Positions 14,517 through 26,851 of a stretch of DNA of 64,000 nucleotides are shown piece by piece. Below the pieces are notes generated by a model that was not told the DNA's origin, ran no database searches, and saw nothing but the letters and a program-made list of their open reading frames with translations. This stretch comes from Phoronis australis (Eukaryota; Animalia; Phoronida), in the NCBI GenBank assembly GCA_002633005.1, contig NMRA01000171.1:602669-666668 (forward strand), given 5' to 3'. The position numbers and the translations under genes were made by a program. Position 1 is the stretch's first letter. Each line of letters starts with the position of its first letter.

Positions 14517-16175
14517 TGTTTATTTACTAATCAATACCTCTAATAACAGCCCAGTCTATACCCTTGCACTTTCTCTACAGATTCACTTAATTGATAAGAC
14601 AACTTTTAAACAGATGAATCCTCAAAATGAAATTCCACTATGACTGGTTGTTAAACCAAATATTTGACTGCTGGAACAGCTACACCAGAGGGGAACAGAT
14701 TCCAATACTCCAGCAGAAACAACGAACACGTCCTCCCAGCAAGAGAAGTTTGCGTTTTCACACGAAGACAAATTGCTAAGTAACAACAATGCAGCTACCA
14801 GTCAATGGCACATGAAAATTACATGACCCTTGACAACGCAGCAAACCATGAGCAACTGCGATAAAACACACGGATATAGCAGCAAAGTTGAAAACAATAA
14901 AGCCGTAATCTGTATTTATTATTTAGAAGTGTTTCCCTTGTGTATTGATGGCAACTGAAGCATCTAGTGCATTTCATGGACATATTTGATTGGATGATCA
15001 AATTTGTCCAAGTAATCGATGAATGATACTGTTGCAGACAATTTTTCAATTACTGAAAAGTCTAAGTAATCATGCCACATCGAATAGTTTCACAGAATGA
15101 ATTCCAGGAGCAATAAAAACTCAGACACATTTAATTCCTCTCAAGTCTTTAGTAGTTACTTTCATCAAAATCATTTTTGAACATCAGTAACCAAACCAGT
15201 ATCGAGACAAATTTCTAATTTTTTACTTATTTACAGTACAACACCATACGGTAGGCAAGTGAAATTTTATTTTGTCGTTGAACTTCTCAACAGAATAGAG
15301 ATCAAGAAAATTTTACTCCATAACAAGCCTGATTAGTGGTGAGATGTCATAAAAGAATATTCGGTAAACTTTCTAACAGCTGAAAAAAGGAATATAATGT
15401 ATAAAGTAACTTTCAATATTCTAAAATAACCTTCTTTTTCTTGAAGACAAAATTCCTTTTCATTAGTACTACATCATTCACCTACACAATTTCTTGAGGC
15501 ATACAGTACCCTTGTCTCCAACTCTATCCCACTACGAGGCTGGCTTTGGTCTAAACCCCAGCTACTCCTATACCAGAGCTATACAGGACCTGCCTCTGAC
15601 GGGAAATTCTTTCATAAGCATTCGCCTTTCTGATAAAAGATGCTTTTTCCGAAAAAGAGAAGGGTTTACTTTGAGTCAATTTGCAACTCTACAAAGGGTT
15701 TCTTTTCCAGCTACACACATATACAGAATTGTTTTAATAATATCTGTATCTTAAAATCTTTGGCTGCAAAGATGTTGTCAATTTTGACAACTTAATGGTA
15801 TTTCTTTTTGTAGTTTCAAGCTTACCACTAACAAATTTAGCCGTCAAGGTAGCATACCTATGAAATGATTAAGTTATGGAATCAATCCACAGAAGAAGCT
15901 GCATCCCATTTTTTCGGGTCCACTCTCTATTTTTAGTTACACCCCTCCCTCTCTCAAAAGTGTGGTGGAGTACCCTAAAATCTTAACACTTACTATATCT
16001 TAAAGGAGAATGCCACCTGATTTAATTAGTCTTTTTTACCATCTTAATCGGTCTATATCCACATCACCTCGTATACAGTGGATCTTACCTCACCGAGAGG
16101 TGTCGCGTTAACCTGTGAGGAAGGTGAGAAACGACGCAGCGACGTCAGTGGTTCTTCTGCAGAGTGAGTGCTGTT

Positions 16176-16490
16176 ATGGTGTGGTGTATCGTTCCTGCTT
16201 GTGCAAACTATGAAGCTGCGAGGAAAGCAGGTACATATGTTTTTTTTTTCAATTTCCTCAAGAGCCCATCGTGCTTCGGAAGTGGTTTGCGGTAGTGAAG
16301 AATGAAAACTACGCCGTTAATACCAAGTATGAGGCCGTGAAACTTCTCCGTGTCTGGTAGTGGCTGGCATTTTGTTGCCAGTTATTTCACTGACGATCGA
16401 ATCCCGGCTTTAATTACCAAACAGCTCATGCCAGGGCAGAAAAAGAGACTGAGGCTGAAGTCAGATGTCATAAGCATACCTCTGTTTAGA
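16176..16490 (+). pseudogene. Degenerate THAP zinc-finger domain (transposase N-terminus)
   Basis: MVWCIVPACANY..., a frameshift in a poly-T run, then FQFPQEPIVLRKWFAVVK...LRVSGSGWHF...RLRLKSDVISIPLF. This follows the THAP pattern CxVPxC / FP / W / HF / LKxDAVP, with the third Cys lost. Confidence 0.8.
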
Positions 16491-16917
16491 TGCAGTGCAA
16501 AGCCAGGATGGTCCGTGGAATTTCGTGGCAGCAAACGCAAGCGTCAGTTGTTTCCATTATCGTGACACCATGAAAAGTCATTCAACGGTTTTCGGAATTA
16601 TCCATGTTCCATTGTCTGTGCATGTTCACGGAACCTCTCTAGTATTTCTAGATTAGTGTATTCCAGTTCGAACTGATAAACTGTGAAAGCTAACAATCGA
16701 CTTGTGAATTAAGTCTTTGACAGATCAACACTCGTCTAAGTCGGGATTGCGAGTTGCCACTTTAACTTTTATTATTGTGCGTTCTGTTTCAAAATAAATT
16801 ATTCTCTCCCCAACCAATACTTATATAAAATTGAAACAAAGACTGTCCCATTAGATACAACTTGAAATGCCTTGGAGTGTTTGTGAGTGCAAATGTTTTG
16901 AGAAGCCAGCAATGAAT

Positions 16918-17645
16918 AAATCACTGTCTTACCAGCTTTAGATGCAATAAACTAAATGACCGGGCACTGGGCCGTGTGAGCGCATGCTAATTCAGTGGTT
17001 GCTGACAGAAAGCTGTTGTGAAACAATAACTCAATTTTATATCCTATTGTTAGATGTTAAGGGAATCTTTATTTAGAAATTCATTTACATTACTCGAATC
17101 ATTGTTAATATACAGCTTTTGCCCTGCCGATTCTGTGGAAGGGTAACCTGACTTCGCGGCCCCCAGACGAGCTAGTAAGTAGATTTGCAGTTTCGCGGCT
17201 ACTTCACCAAAACAATCACGTGCACAAGTTCTTTGGCTCACTACTAGTATAGTCTTTTCGTGACTGGAAGTTTAGTTTCNGTAATCACTGTCTTACCAGC
17301 TTTAGATGCAATAAACTAAATGACCGGGCACTTGGGCCGTGTGAGCGCATGCTAATTCAGTGGTTGCTGACAGAAAGCTGTTGTGAAACAATAACTCAAT
17401 TTTATATCCTATTGTTAGATGTTAAGGGAATCTTTATTTAGATATTCATTTACATTACTTGAATCATTGTTAATATACAGCTTTTGCCCTGCCGATTCTG
17501 TGGAAGGGTAACCTGACTTCGCGGCCCCCAGACGAGCTAGTAAGTAGGTTTGCAGTTTCGCGGCTACTTCACCAAAACAATCACGTGCACAAGTTCTTTG
17601 GCTCACTACTAGTATAGTCTTTTCGTGACTGGAAGTTTAGTTTCC
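16918..17645. other. About 365-bp direct duplication joined at a single N (17280); probable haplotype or contig-overlap artefact
   Basis: About 16918-17279 and 17283-17645 are nearly identical (a few substitutions and a 1-nt indel) and abut an N. Confidence 0.75.
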
Positions 17646-20600
17646 AATTTTGGCAGGTTTATGTTCGTGATGCCCAGCCGCGATGGGCGTGATCGGGTTC
17701 CGAGCCACTGACCGGGATAGCAAGCGTTTTGTGTGTTTATAACTAAAAAAAATCGCAAGTCTAAAATTACAACACACAGCTATGTTCTCCTGTCTAATAA
17801 TTTGAATTTATCACCGAACAGACCCCAAACTCCCGCGACCGACCTTGGTAAAGTGGCCTACAGAAATACCTAAAAATCCACAACAGCGAAATAAGAGACA
17901 ACACGTTTGTTTAATAACTCGATGTATTTGTAAGGGTTTTACAGCAAATTTTGATGATTTATTGGTGTAAAATGGTGAAATCAAGCAAAAAACTGACACC
18001 AATAAGCTTGTGAACTGCTGAACAGACTGCGTTCGAACCTCTGACGTCATTGGATCTAAATTGATACAAATTAGGTTGTTTTTTGGGTGGCATTCTCCTT
18101 TAATTTAACCTATCATATGAAAATCCCCGATTAGGTCTCCTCTATTTTTACAATATGAACCCTACGGATGACAGTGATTCCGTTGTCACAATGACAGATT
18201 TGGTCCAAGCTGTTCTGCCTCACTGGTTGTGTTCTAACACCATTCATTGTGGTACCACAGCAAGTCAAGATAAACCAGTATGAAGTGTGAAGTACGTCAG
18301 GTAAATGTTAAAGCGTTCATGGCACCACGAGCCTGTCTAACAAGTAACATTATACTCGCATTAAAGTATTTTTTAATGAATGCAACCTTAAAATTAATAC
18401 CAGACTTGTCATATGAAACATGATTATATAAACAAAATAAATGCACTCAACAGCTTTGAAGTGGGAGAGTGTATGCTGCTTCAATTTCCCATCAAATACT
18501 ACATTCACTGCCACCTATTGTCCAATGACAAAACTAATAAAACTACAAACATCTCACTGGACTAGTTCCAAGAGACCAGACAGCTCCGTTCTATTCTGAC
18601 TTAAGATTTGTCATAAAAATGACATCGAGTATAGTAACAAAGGCTAATTCTTCCCACAATGCAACAGTCCCTCTTCACATTGATGTCGGCCTGGTAATGA
18701 CAACACCTTTATTAAGCTCATTTTCTACAAATACTACGGTGGTGTTTAGTTCATAGTAAATGTGCACAATTGATGCAAAGCTTACCTTACAGACTGTACA
18801 TTAATCTTCGTATTAAACTGCATCTTGGGATACAGCTCATAGGTCACTTAGGATATTTCACTATGTACAGAATATTAACAAAGTAAGAAACAAACAGTGT
18901 TTTAAATATTCTCTACAGCTTTTTTGGAATATGAAATTAATGATACCTATCTGGCTAGACAACTCGAGTGGCTTTCCAAATAAAGAAGTCAGCCAAGAAC
19001 TTGGATTGTATTTTCGACTTACACAAAGCCAACTGCACGCTGGAGGCTGGAAAAAGAATAACTTGCAGAACATTTGCTTTCAAGAAAACTTACGGGACAA
19101 ATTTCAACAAAAGAAATATTGCCAACACTGACAGGGGTACAATTAGTGGATGTGCACTTTGCTTAGTACGATTTTGCTGCTCTAACCACGATGCACAGGC
19201 ACGAGGAAAGACTATTCAAGACAGTTAGAAACCCTTTAAAATGAGGTAACGATATTAAAAAACACCAGATTTGGAGCCTGTGGCTCTTCATTAGGTCTGA
19301 AGACAAGTGACTAGTGTTTTTCAATATACCGTATACTTTTATGGAATTCAAAGTGTTTTACCTGTTTCTACATTGTCTAATTCTATCTGGTCATTTTAAC
19401 AGGAAAAGACTGACATTCTGAATGGTTTTATGAAAGAGACACTCACGCGTGCATCAATGCCACCAGCGAAAAACCAGATGACCAACTGTTGGAATTTCTT
19501 GCAAGGAATTTGACCATACAGGAAGCTTTGTACAGAGGGGAAAATACAGCTTAAGGACATGAGGGCAAGACTTGCCAAAGGGTACACTAGAGCCTTGTTG
19601 CTAGATTTCAGCCAGTGTAAAGATCAAGGTAATACATCATCAAAACCAACATCCACCTTTACAACAGCAACACGAAGTCTGTTCTACTTTAAGGAATGAA
19701 TGCTAATAAGTATGGAAAAGTGACATGCACAACATAAATGCCTTCAAGAACAGAAATGCCTTATTTTGGCTGAATTTTCAACTATGATCTGTTAAGGAGA
19801 ACAAAACGCTGGAGTGTGAGGTAGCAAAACAAATGTCGCCAACTTTTATGATTTAGAAAATCCTGAGAATGGACTGACATCACATACCAAATCAGTGTTG
19901 ACGTGGATACTGATTGGGGGAGGAAACAAAACTAGTCAACAAGAGCTTGGCGACACTGACCTTTATGTCAGAACTGAGGGAAGCTGGTCTGACTTACGGA
20001 GAAGATATAAGCTCATGTGAAATAACAGGTGAAATGCAGGTAATGGCCAACTTGAAAGGTGACACTGACAAAGCAAGGGTCTTAGCGTAGAAATACATGC
20101 ATTCAGATAGTCAAGTGAGACCTTAGCCAACAGACGACCCTATGCTAATGAACTGCACTTTCTTCAGGAGACAAGAAAATGGGCCTTTATTTATTAGCAC
20201 AACCTAGTGAATCAATATCATGTCACACATTTGTTGAAGTCTTATCATTACACGTGAAAAGCAACAGGACTCAGCTGAGGAAAAGTAACAATGAAAATTT
20301 TTTGAGCTCTTTTTTCACAGATGACTTCGCTAACCCTACAACAGAATCTGTGGACATAAAAATGAGTATTTCAATAAGATATGTCTCAATTGTCAAATAT
20401 TTAAAGACAAAATTGCTTCACGTGAAGAGATAGACTATTCACAACACAAGGATTGGATTTCAATCTACTCTGCTATCACCATAGGTTTTGAATTCTGACT
20501 TAATCATACATAGCTTTCTTACGTCAGATTGTTTCAGGACGGCAGGTGTAGACACTTAAATGTAGTTTAACACCACAACATAGAATTGTAGAGTAAGATT

Positions 20601-20819
20601 GGAAACATCCAATGCGTTATTTCTGAGTGAATGATAATACTCAACATTTCCAGAGAGTACGAAACAATGCTCTTCTATCAACATGAAAATTATTCAAGAT
20701 AACATACATACTGAAATTATTCAATAGTGATAAGCAATGTTAATAAGTTTGAAAGTCTCATTGAATGAAAAAGGTAATTGCTGGTAGAAAACAAAATATA
20801 ATCTGAATTATAGTCATAC

Positions 20820-20858
20820 CTTCTCAGCAGCCATATCTATTAAATCTTGCTGGTCTTC
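20820..20858 (-). CDS. Candidate 39-nt internal exon (EDQQDLIDMAAEK), phase 0/0
   Basis: Pyrimidine-rich acceptor TGTCTCTGTTTGCTTGTCACTTGGTTACTAG|, 13 open codons, donor AAG|GTATGA. It is in frame with the 24241-24357 exon. Confidence 0.4.
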
Positions 20859-22982
20859 CTAGTAACCAAGTGACAAGCAAACAGAGACAATGTGCAGGTC
20901 TGGCTATGGACGGAAACTGCTTTCATAAACACAGTCAATGACAGCGATTTATGCTCTTGTGCAAAGTTCACACAGTCAAGTGTTAAAAATCAATGTCAAC
21001 GGAGTGTTGGCATTGGCTTACTTGAGAAATTTGAATTTAAAATTTAAATGTCTCAAATCCGTCAATAAAGTTGAGGTCAAACTATTATAACAAAACAGAT
21101 GAAGGCTTGAACATTGGCATCAGAAACTTTTAATTGACAAGGTCAATTTTTCAAGACAAAAGCAATTTTATTACTTCTGGAGAGAGCCCAACTGCATAAA
21201 TATCATCAGATGTATTGATCATGACAGACACTGTCAGACTATCATTGAAAATGGAAAATATCCTTCTGCACTTTCGCCTCTGTTCTATCTCCTGGTCCCC
21301 CCCCCCTCCCCCGGTGTCAGTCACCAGTACAGTACCATCTCATATAGGGGATACACTGGAGACTATACATAAGAACGCCATTAGCTATGTCCATGATTTT
21401 ACCCATGAATCAACCATGTCCTACATGTCATGCCTAGGAGCACCATGATCGGACTTTAAGTGTCTCTCTCTCCTGATACCTAACACAAAAGATGGACTGT
21501 GTGGAACAACGGATGGGTGATGTCAGTTCTTTACTGTTTATTAGCCTTGCAGGTTCCCGATCCACATGAAAATATGTTCGGGACTGGTGCACATTAAAAA
21601 TACAGACCTCTGCAATACCTGGGAAATCCACACCACTTCTTTTGTTTACACTTCTAATAGTTATATGATACCATAGACAAAAATAAAATATCCACTTGAG
21701 TCTTAAGACTACCTGTATTATGTGAAGTGGCAAACGTTATAATATCCAAGAGGCACAAACACTATTGAGAACCGGCAACCCTCTCTTGAGTCCCCTCTCA
21801 CTTGTTCCACCTCTGGGTATTCAGTAACTAAGATCACAGTGTAGGCGAATGTGCAGACAGTGAGAACGTCACTTTGACATCCTATTCCAACTTTTACACT
21901 TAAGTATGGAAAAGCCCAAGTTGTTCCTTACCACAAATATACGGTAGTCACCATTTTCACAATTATATTTAGGTCATTTGGTTTCTTGGAAAGTGTCCAG
22001 AATTAAGGAGGTTTAGAATGTTCTAATTACAAAAAGAGGCAAAAAACACTGCTACCTGTGGTTATCAAGGCACCAACAGCGGATGATGTGATTATTGGAA
22101 ACTATAAACCAATGGAGTCAATAAATTAAAGAGTAACACAGAGTCCAAAGTAAACTCAGGCGTTGATAACCAACATGAGTTTACAAGGAGACTGTCAGAT
22201 GACAAGCCATGTGTCAATAGTAACGAGGAACAGGTGTACGTCATTGAGGCAAAGAGTTCTGAATTGATCAACACTACCAATGGAATCTACAACAAACTAC
22301 AAGCTGTTAAAACAGTAAGCAAGCATGATCCACAAATACAGGTTGCATAAGAGTCTTGAGGGTTTGAGTTTAATGTAAGTTTTCTTAGCTGCTATTATAG
22401 TAAACAAAACAGAAGACAATAAAATTACTGTTACATAGTTTGCACTGTTTAAACACCTTATCATTCTGTTTAAACACAATGTTCAAGTGTTATACCCCTC
22501 CCCATCCAATCCCCCATAGCCTAAGTTATAATAAAAAAAAAATCTTTACAATGCGTCATTTACAAAATTTTAACTGGTGAAAAAATTTCCAAAATTATTC
22601 CCTGTTATCTCTGTATATTTTAAACAGTTACAGTTAATAAAAGTGATAACGGATAGACATCCTGCTTCTTCTGAAAATTCTCATAGCAATTTATCATTTG
22701 ACACAATTAATGTTACAAAATTAAAGTAACTGTATTTTAACCCACCACATCATTGACAATATTGACAACACCATTATACACTTTACAGGCCGCGGCATTA
22801 TTTCACTATATTCATGTCTTTGGTGTTAACTCAGACAAATATCAGACATACCCAGAAAAGTTATGAAGTATATCACATGTCACTTAATCAAGTCATGGTA
22901 GATTTTCAATAACGAAACAGCTCAAGAAACACTGAGCTCTACAAACCAACACTTAGTCCTAGAAGAAAACTTTTGATGTAAT

Positions 22983-23449
22983 GCCTTTCATACTAACGTC
23001 GACACGTCGATGTTTTGGGAAATAGCGGTCACTATGAACGGTTAACTTCAGTCCTGGATCAAAGTTAATAGTGCCAATAGTGGCAGTTAACTTCGCAGTA
23101 AACAGGTGGATTTAACAGCAGAGTGCCGATCCTGTGGTGCAGTCAACTTCGGTCCCTTTGAATTAAGTTATCGCCACGGGCTGCCTGTTATCATCGCTAA
23201 TAGTTGCTTATATTATACTCAAATAATCACCAATCGAATTAGAAATAAGTTTAACGTCAATTAGCACATGTAAATGTCCCCAAATCATTTAAAAAATCTC
23301 AGGGTGCATCAGCGCTACCTTGCGATTACTTTGATGACAACAGTGTCACCTACCGTTTACTTCGATGTCCATTAACTGCCAAAGCCAGGATGAAACAGTT
23401 TACGTCGGCGCTCCGCTCCAACCGGAGTTAAGTCAGTATGAAAGGGCCT
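22983..23449. mobile_element. PIF/Harbinger-like MITE, copy 1
   Basis: Termini GCCTTTCATACT ... AGTATGAAAGGGCC in a TAA/TTA context; the body is shared with 26501-26851. Confidence 0.7.
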
Positions 23450-24240
23450 TTAGACCACATGCCGCAATAAAACTGGCCTCAAATTTGCCTTTGCTCATAT
23501 AAGCGGTGTCTGGGTTTGCAACAAATCAACAGTTTGTTATTCCACTTGACCATGCTCAGCACATACAGACCTGGGAGTAATATTGGTCCTAGATACAGAC
23601 TGAGCTCAAGTATAACATGATTCTGAAGCAAGTGTAACAAATATAAAGTTAAAAGAGAAAAAAATAAATCTTGATATGAAGCCAATGGCTTTCATTTAAC
23701 AGCAGCAGATGAGCGTCTAAAATCTTCTGTTGACAGGTCAACTTTTACTGACCAATATGTGTTGTCAGATCACAGAAACGTAATTAAGGCCACATGGTCT
23801 TGTATCAGCACAATTATTGAGCAGGGCCAGTGTCAGGGTATTGAGTATGTCAGGGGTTGGATTTGAATTTTAATCTCCATTCACACTTTACGTAGACAGT
23901 GACAGTCTGGTGGCAGCTAGAGACGGTGGTCACTGTCTAACCTTTGCCTTGAAGCTTGAAGCAAAACCAAGAAATTGAAAGCTTAAAGTTTTAAAACCAA
24001 ACAGCACTTTTGAGATTCACTTTTTTCAAAGCTTAGAGCTAAATTCGAACCGAGTAGGCCCCATGTAACTTATGATCAAATTACGACGACGACGTCTAGA
24101 ACACGCCAAAAAACAACCATTTGCGTGGATTGGCGCGGGACGACACAGGACTAGATGCTTTTGTCAGAAAGCTATCAATACCAAAGCGCTAAATTGGCCA
24201 AATAATTGCAACTAATCATTCACAATTCAATAAGCAATAC

Positions 24241-24357
24241 CTGCTTCTCCTTTATATTTTCTCCTGGTGCAAGTGCAGCCAGTCGAGATTTGTTCTTCGT
24301 TTCGGCACTGGTCGCTCGACCACGACCGGGACTGTCACCGTGTACCCTTTTGTCCAT
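24241..24357 (-). CDS. Probable distal first coding exon (MDKRVHGDSPGRGRATSAETKNKSRLAALAPGENIKEKQ) of an unidentified gene
   Basis: CpG-richer region, 39 open codons from ATG 24357, phase-0 donor CAG|GTATTG, and promoter-type motifs just upstream. Confidence 0.6.
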
Positions 24358-24511
24358 ATTGATTTCAGGTGATCAGCCGATAGATTCAGTCTTGAACTCA
24401 CATCTATTGACGACACGAATAATCTTCTAACCAACAGAAGTCTTTCAAATCAAGCGTAGTTCTAAAAACCAGTAAATTTTTGCAGTTAAGGTGTTCAACA
24501 ACTGGTCACTG

Positions 24512-24600
24512 TTAGTAGTCAGCCATCTTGCTCCGCTTGATGTTTATGCCAAGTTTCTATGTGCGCCGATTATTTACATATCTCGCGTTCTTTTGAAAAC
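24512..24600 (-). promoter_or_regulatory. Putative TSS region with YY1-like AAGATGGC motif and a 4-codon uORF
   Basis: Minus strand reads CAAGATGGCTGACTACTAA (24530-24512); a TCTCGCG motif lies at 24581. Confidence 0.45.
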
Positions 24601-25991
24601 TGATACAGTAAGCCTACATGGGACGTATTGTAATACTTTCAATAGCGCACTACCTACAGTGTCATAAAAATGCCATGGTGCTTTAACCTGTAACAAAGAG
24701 GTGCATTATCAGGTTTCGTGCCTGAGTAGCAAATTGGATTTCCTAATAGGCCTAGGTTTTTGAGGTACGGTAAATCAGAGTTTTACGTTAGTCTCTTCAA
24801 TGAAATTTTTTCATGGTAAAACGAAAAATAATTAAACTGGGTTGTTAACTCCCGTACCCGTCCGAGAACCTATCTTTTGATTTAGAGCCATGGCACATAA
24901 CGCTATAAATTGGGTTTCAACTTGTTCAGTGGCTCAGATTTCTGATTTGCGAAGAAGTGGCAGTTTGTTAAGGCTATATGCTCGGCCGGTGCAGGCATTC
25001 ATTCTCCACCAAAGTGAGCAATTCAGAAAAGCGACGGGGAAAAGATTAAATTGTTTAACACAGTCTCGTTTTCTTCGTCAAATCGAGCTTCATTGTTAGT
25101 GCGGCAGTGAACAGAAGATTTTTGTCCTTTTCAAGTTGGACATTTTTGCAGCATCTTAGAACTGAAGTCATTTTTTTTCTGGCTATAGTGAATTCTGTAC
25201 AATTTGTAAAGTTATTTCTACCAGTAAAAGGCATTAATTGAAATAAAAATCTTGATTTGAGGAAATATTGTTGTGATACCAATACGTTATTATAATGGCT
25301 TTAGACTCATCACAGGACACTCATTGATATTCGCCAGGAAACGTTATTGTTACATATCGCAACTACAATCTTATTTACTCGAGACCTATTTTACAAATCA
25401 ATCATGGCAACTCACTTTTCATATAGGTTTTCACATTAGAATCATCCGAGATCAATGAAAATAAAATACCTTTTTTCACTACAAACACTCACTTACTTGT
25501 TGGACTTTTAAGACATTACATGAACAAAAATTTAGATACTTATTCACTGTGCAGTGACTCAAGATGCTCCTCCTGCAACTCTGTCCACCGTGAATAACCA
25601 TATACATATTGCACTATTACACAGAAACGCTAGTCATTTCTTGCATTCATCCACGCATGCGCACACATACACGAGCACATGTACACGCACAAATGTAGTT
25701 AGCACTTACAAATTAAATAAATCGTTTATCATGTTGTATTCTGTGAATTGTAGATATGTAGAATCTTTTCCATTTATTTTTAGTAAGGTTACGAGTTTAT
25801 TTATTTTTTGAAGTGAGTATGCTATTGATTCCATATGTCAGTCTGCTTCCAATAGTACCGTATGTCAAACGTATGAATAATAAATAATAATTGCAGTCTT
25901 TTATTTTCTATTATTTACTTATATTGTACTGTATCTTTACGGTGGTCTTCAGTGAAGCGGGTCAAGTTTGCCTTTGAGGATCTCCGGCTGA

Positions 25992-26097
25992 TATATGTAC
26001 ATATATGTATGTATGTTTGTATGTACGTACGTATGTATGCATGTATGTATGTAAGTATGCGTATGTATATGTGTCTATGTATATTTATATGTATGTG
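25992..26097. repeat. Imperfect (TATG)n microsatellite
   Basis: ATATATGTACATATATGTATGTATGTTTGTATGTACGTACGTATGTATGC... Confidence 0.9.
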
Positions 26098-26240
26098 GAT
26101 CCAACTGTGTTTTATTGTGTTTCACTAAATGTTGTATAAGTTAAAAGGATACCAAATCCGACTTTGACCTTTTAACAGATATTAAAAACGACTTTCACAT
26201 CTAGTTATTACTATTATAAGGAAGAGATATCTCTTCCTGA

Positions 26241-26421
26241 TAATAGTTGTAATACGCCACCACCTCAGAGCGGATTTAGGAAGTCACATCCAGTTATCTA
26301 AAAGAAAACAACGCCCTGCAACCATCGACATAATAGTTGCAATACGCCACCACCTCAGAGCGGATTTAGGAAGTCACATCCAGTTATCTAAAAGAAAACA
26401 ACGCCCTGTAACCATCGACAT
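26241..26421. repeat. 90-bp direct tandem duplication
   Basis: TAATAGTTG(T/C)AATACGCCACCACCTCAGAGCGG...AACCATCGACA at 26241 and 26331. Confidence 0.93.
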
Positions 26422-26500
26422 TCCTCAGAAGTTTGGAGCAAAGTTTGAAAATGGCTTTTAAAGTCTGCTAAACGAGCTTTCGTCGTGACCTACGCTTTAA

Positions 26501-26851
26501 GGCACTTTCATACTAATGTTTTGGGGAGTTGCGGTCAGTATTTGAACGGTTAACTTCGGTCCTGGATCGAAGTTATCGCCAAGTGCCACTGTTATCGTCA
26601 ACAATCAAAGGGTAGTGTAGTCGCTAATAGTTATTATATTTTGCTCGAATAATGATCAATGGAATTAAAAATAAGTTTTATGTCAATTAGCACATGTAAA
26701 TGCTCCCAAATTGTTACATTTAAAAAACCTTAGTGTGCAACGCTACCTTGCGATTATTTCTATGGCAACAGCGTCACCTACCGTTTACTTCGATGTTCGT
26801 GAACTACCGAAGCCAGTTTACGTCGACGCTCCGCTCAGACCTGAAAAGGCC
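26501..26851. mobile_element. PIF/Harbinger-like MITE, copy 2 (internally deleted)
   Basis: TAA|GGCACTTTCATACT ... TGAAAAGGCC. Shares GAACGGTTAACTTC, CAATTAGCACATGTAAATG and CACCTACCGTTTACTTCGATGT with 22983-23449. Confidence 0.7.

Larger units (their letters stand above)
16004..18099 (+). mobile_element. Kolobok-type DNA transposon, non-autonomous or deleted copy
   Basis: Perfect 14-bp TIRs AGGAGAATGCCACC (16004) and GGTGGCATTCTCCT (ends 18099). TTAA on both sides (16000-16003, 18100-18103), RR...YY termini and an internal THAP remnant all fit Kolobok. Confidence 0.88.

Noticed and set aside
17050-17606. Duplicated 63-aa ORF (MSQRTCARD...)
   Set aside because: It lies in a duplication joined by an N, most likely two haplotypes or overlapping contig ends inside the transposon.
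18786-18840. Further candidate first exon (MQFNTKINVQS) near tandem GTAAG donors
   Set aside because: The phase-0 donor is weak, the strong donor gives phase 2, and the upstream ATG frame is closed.
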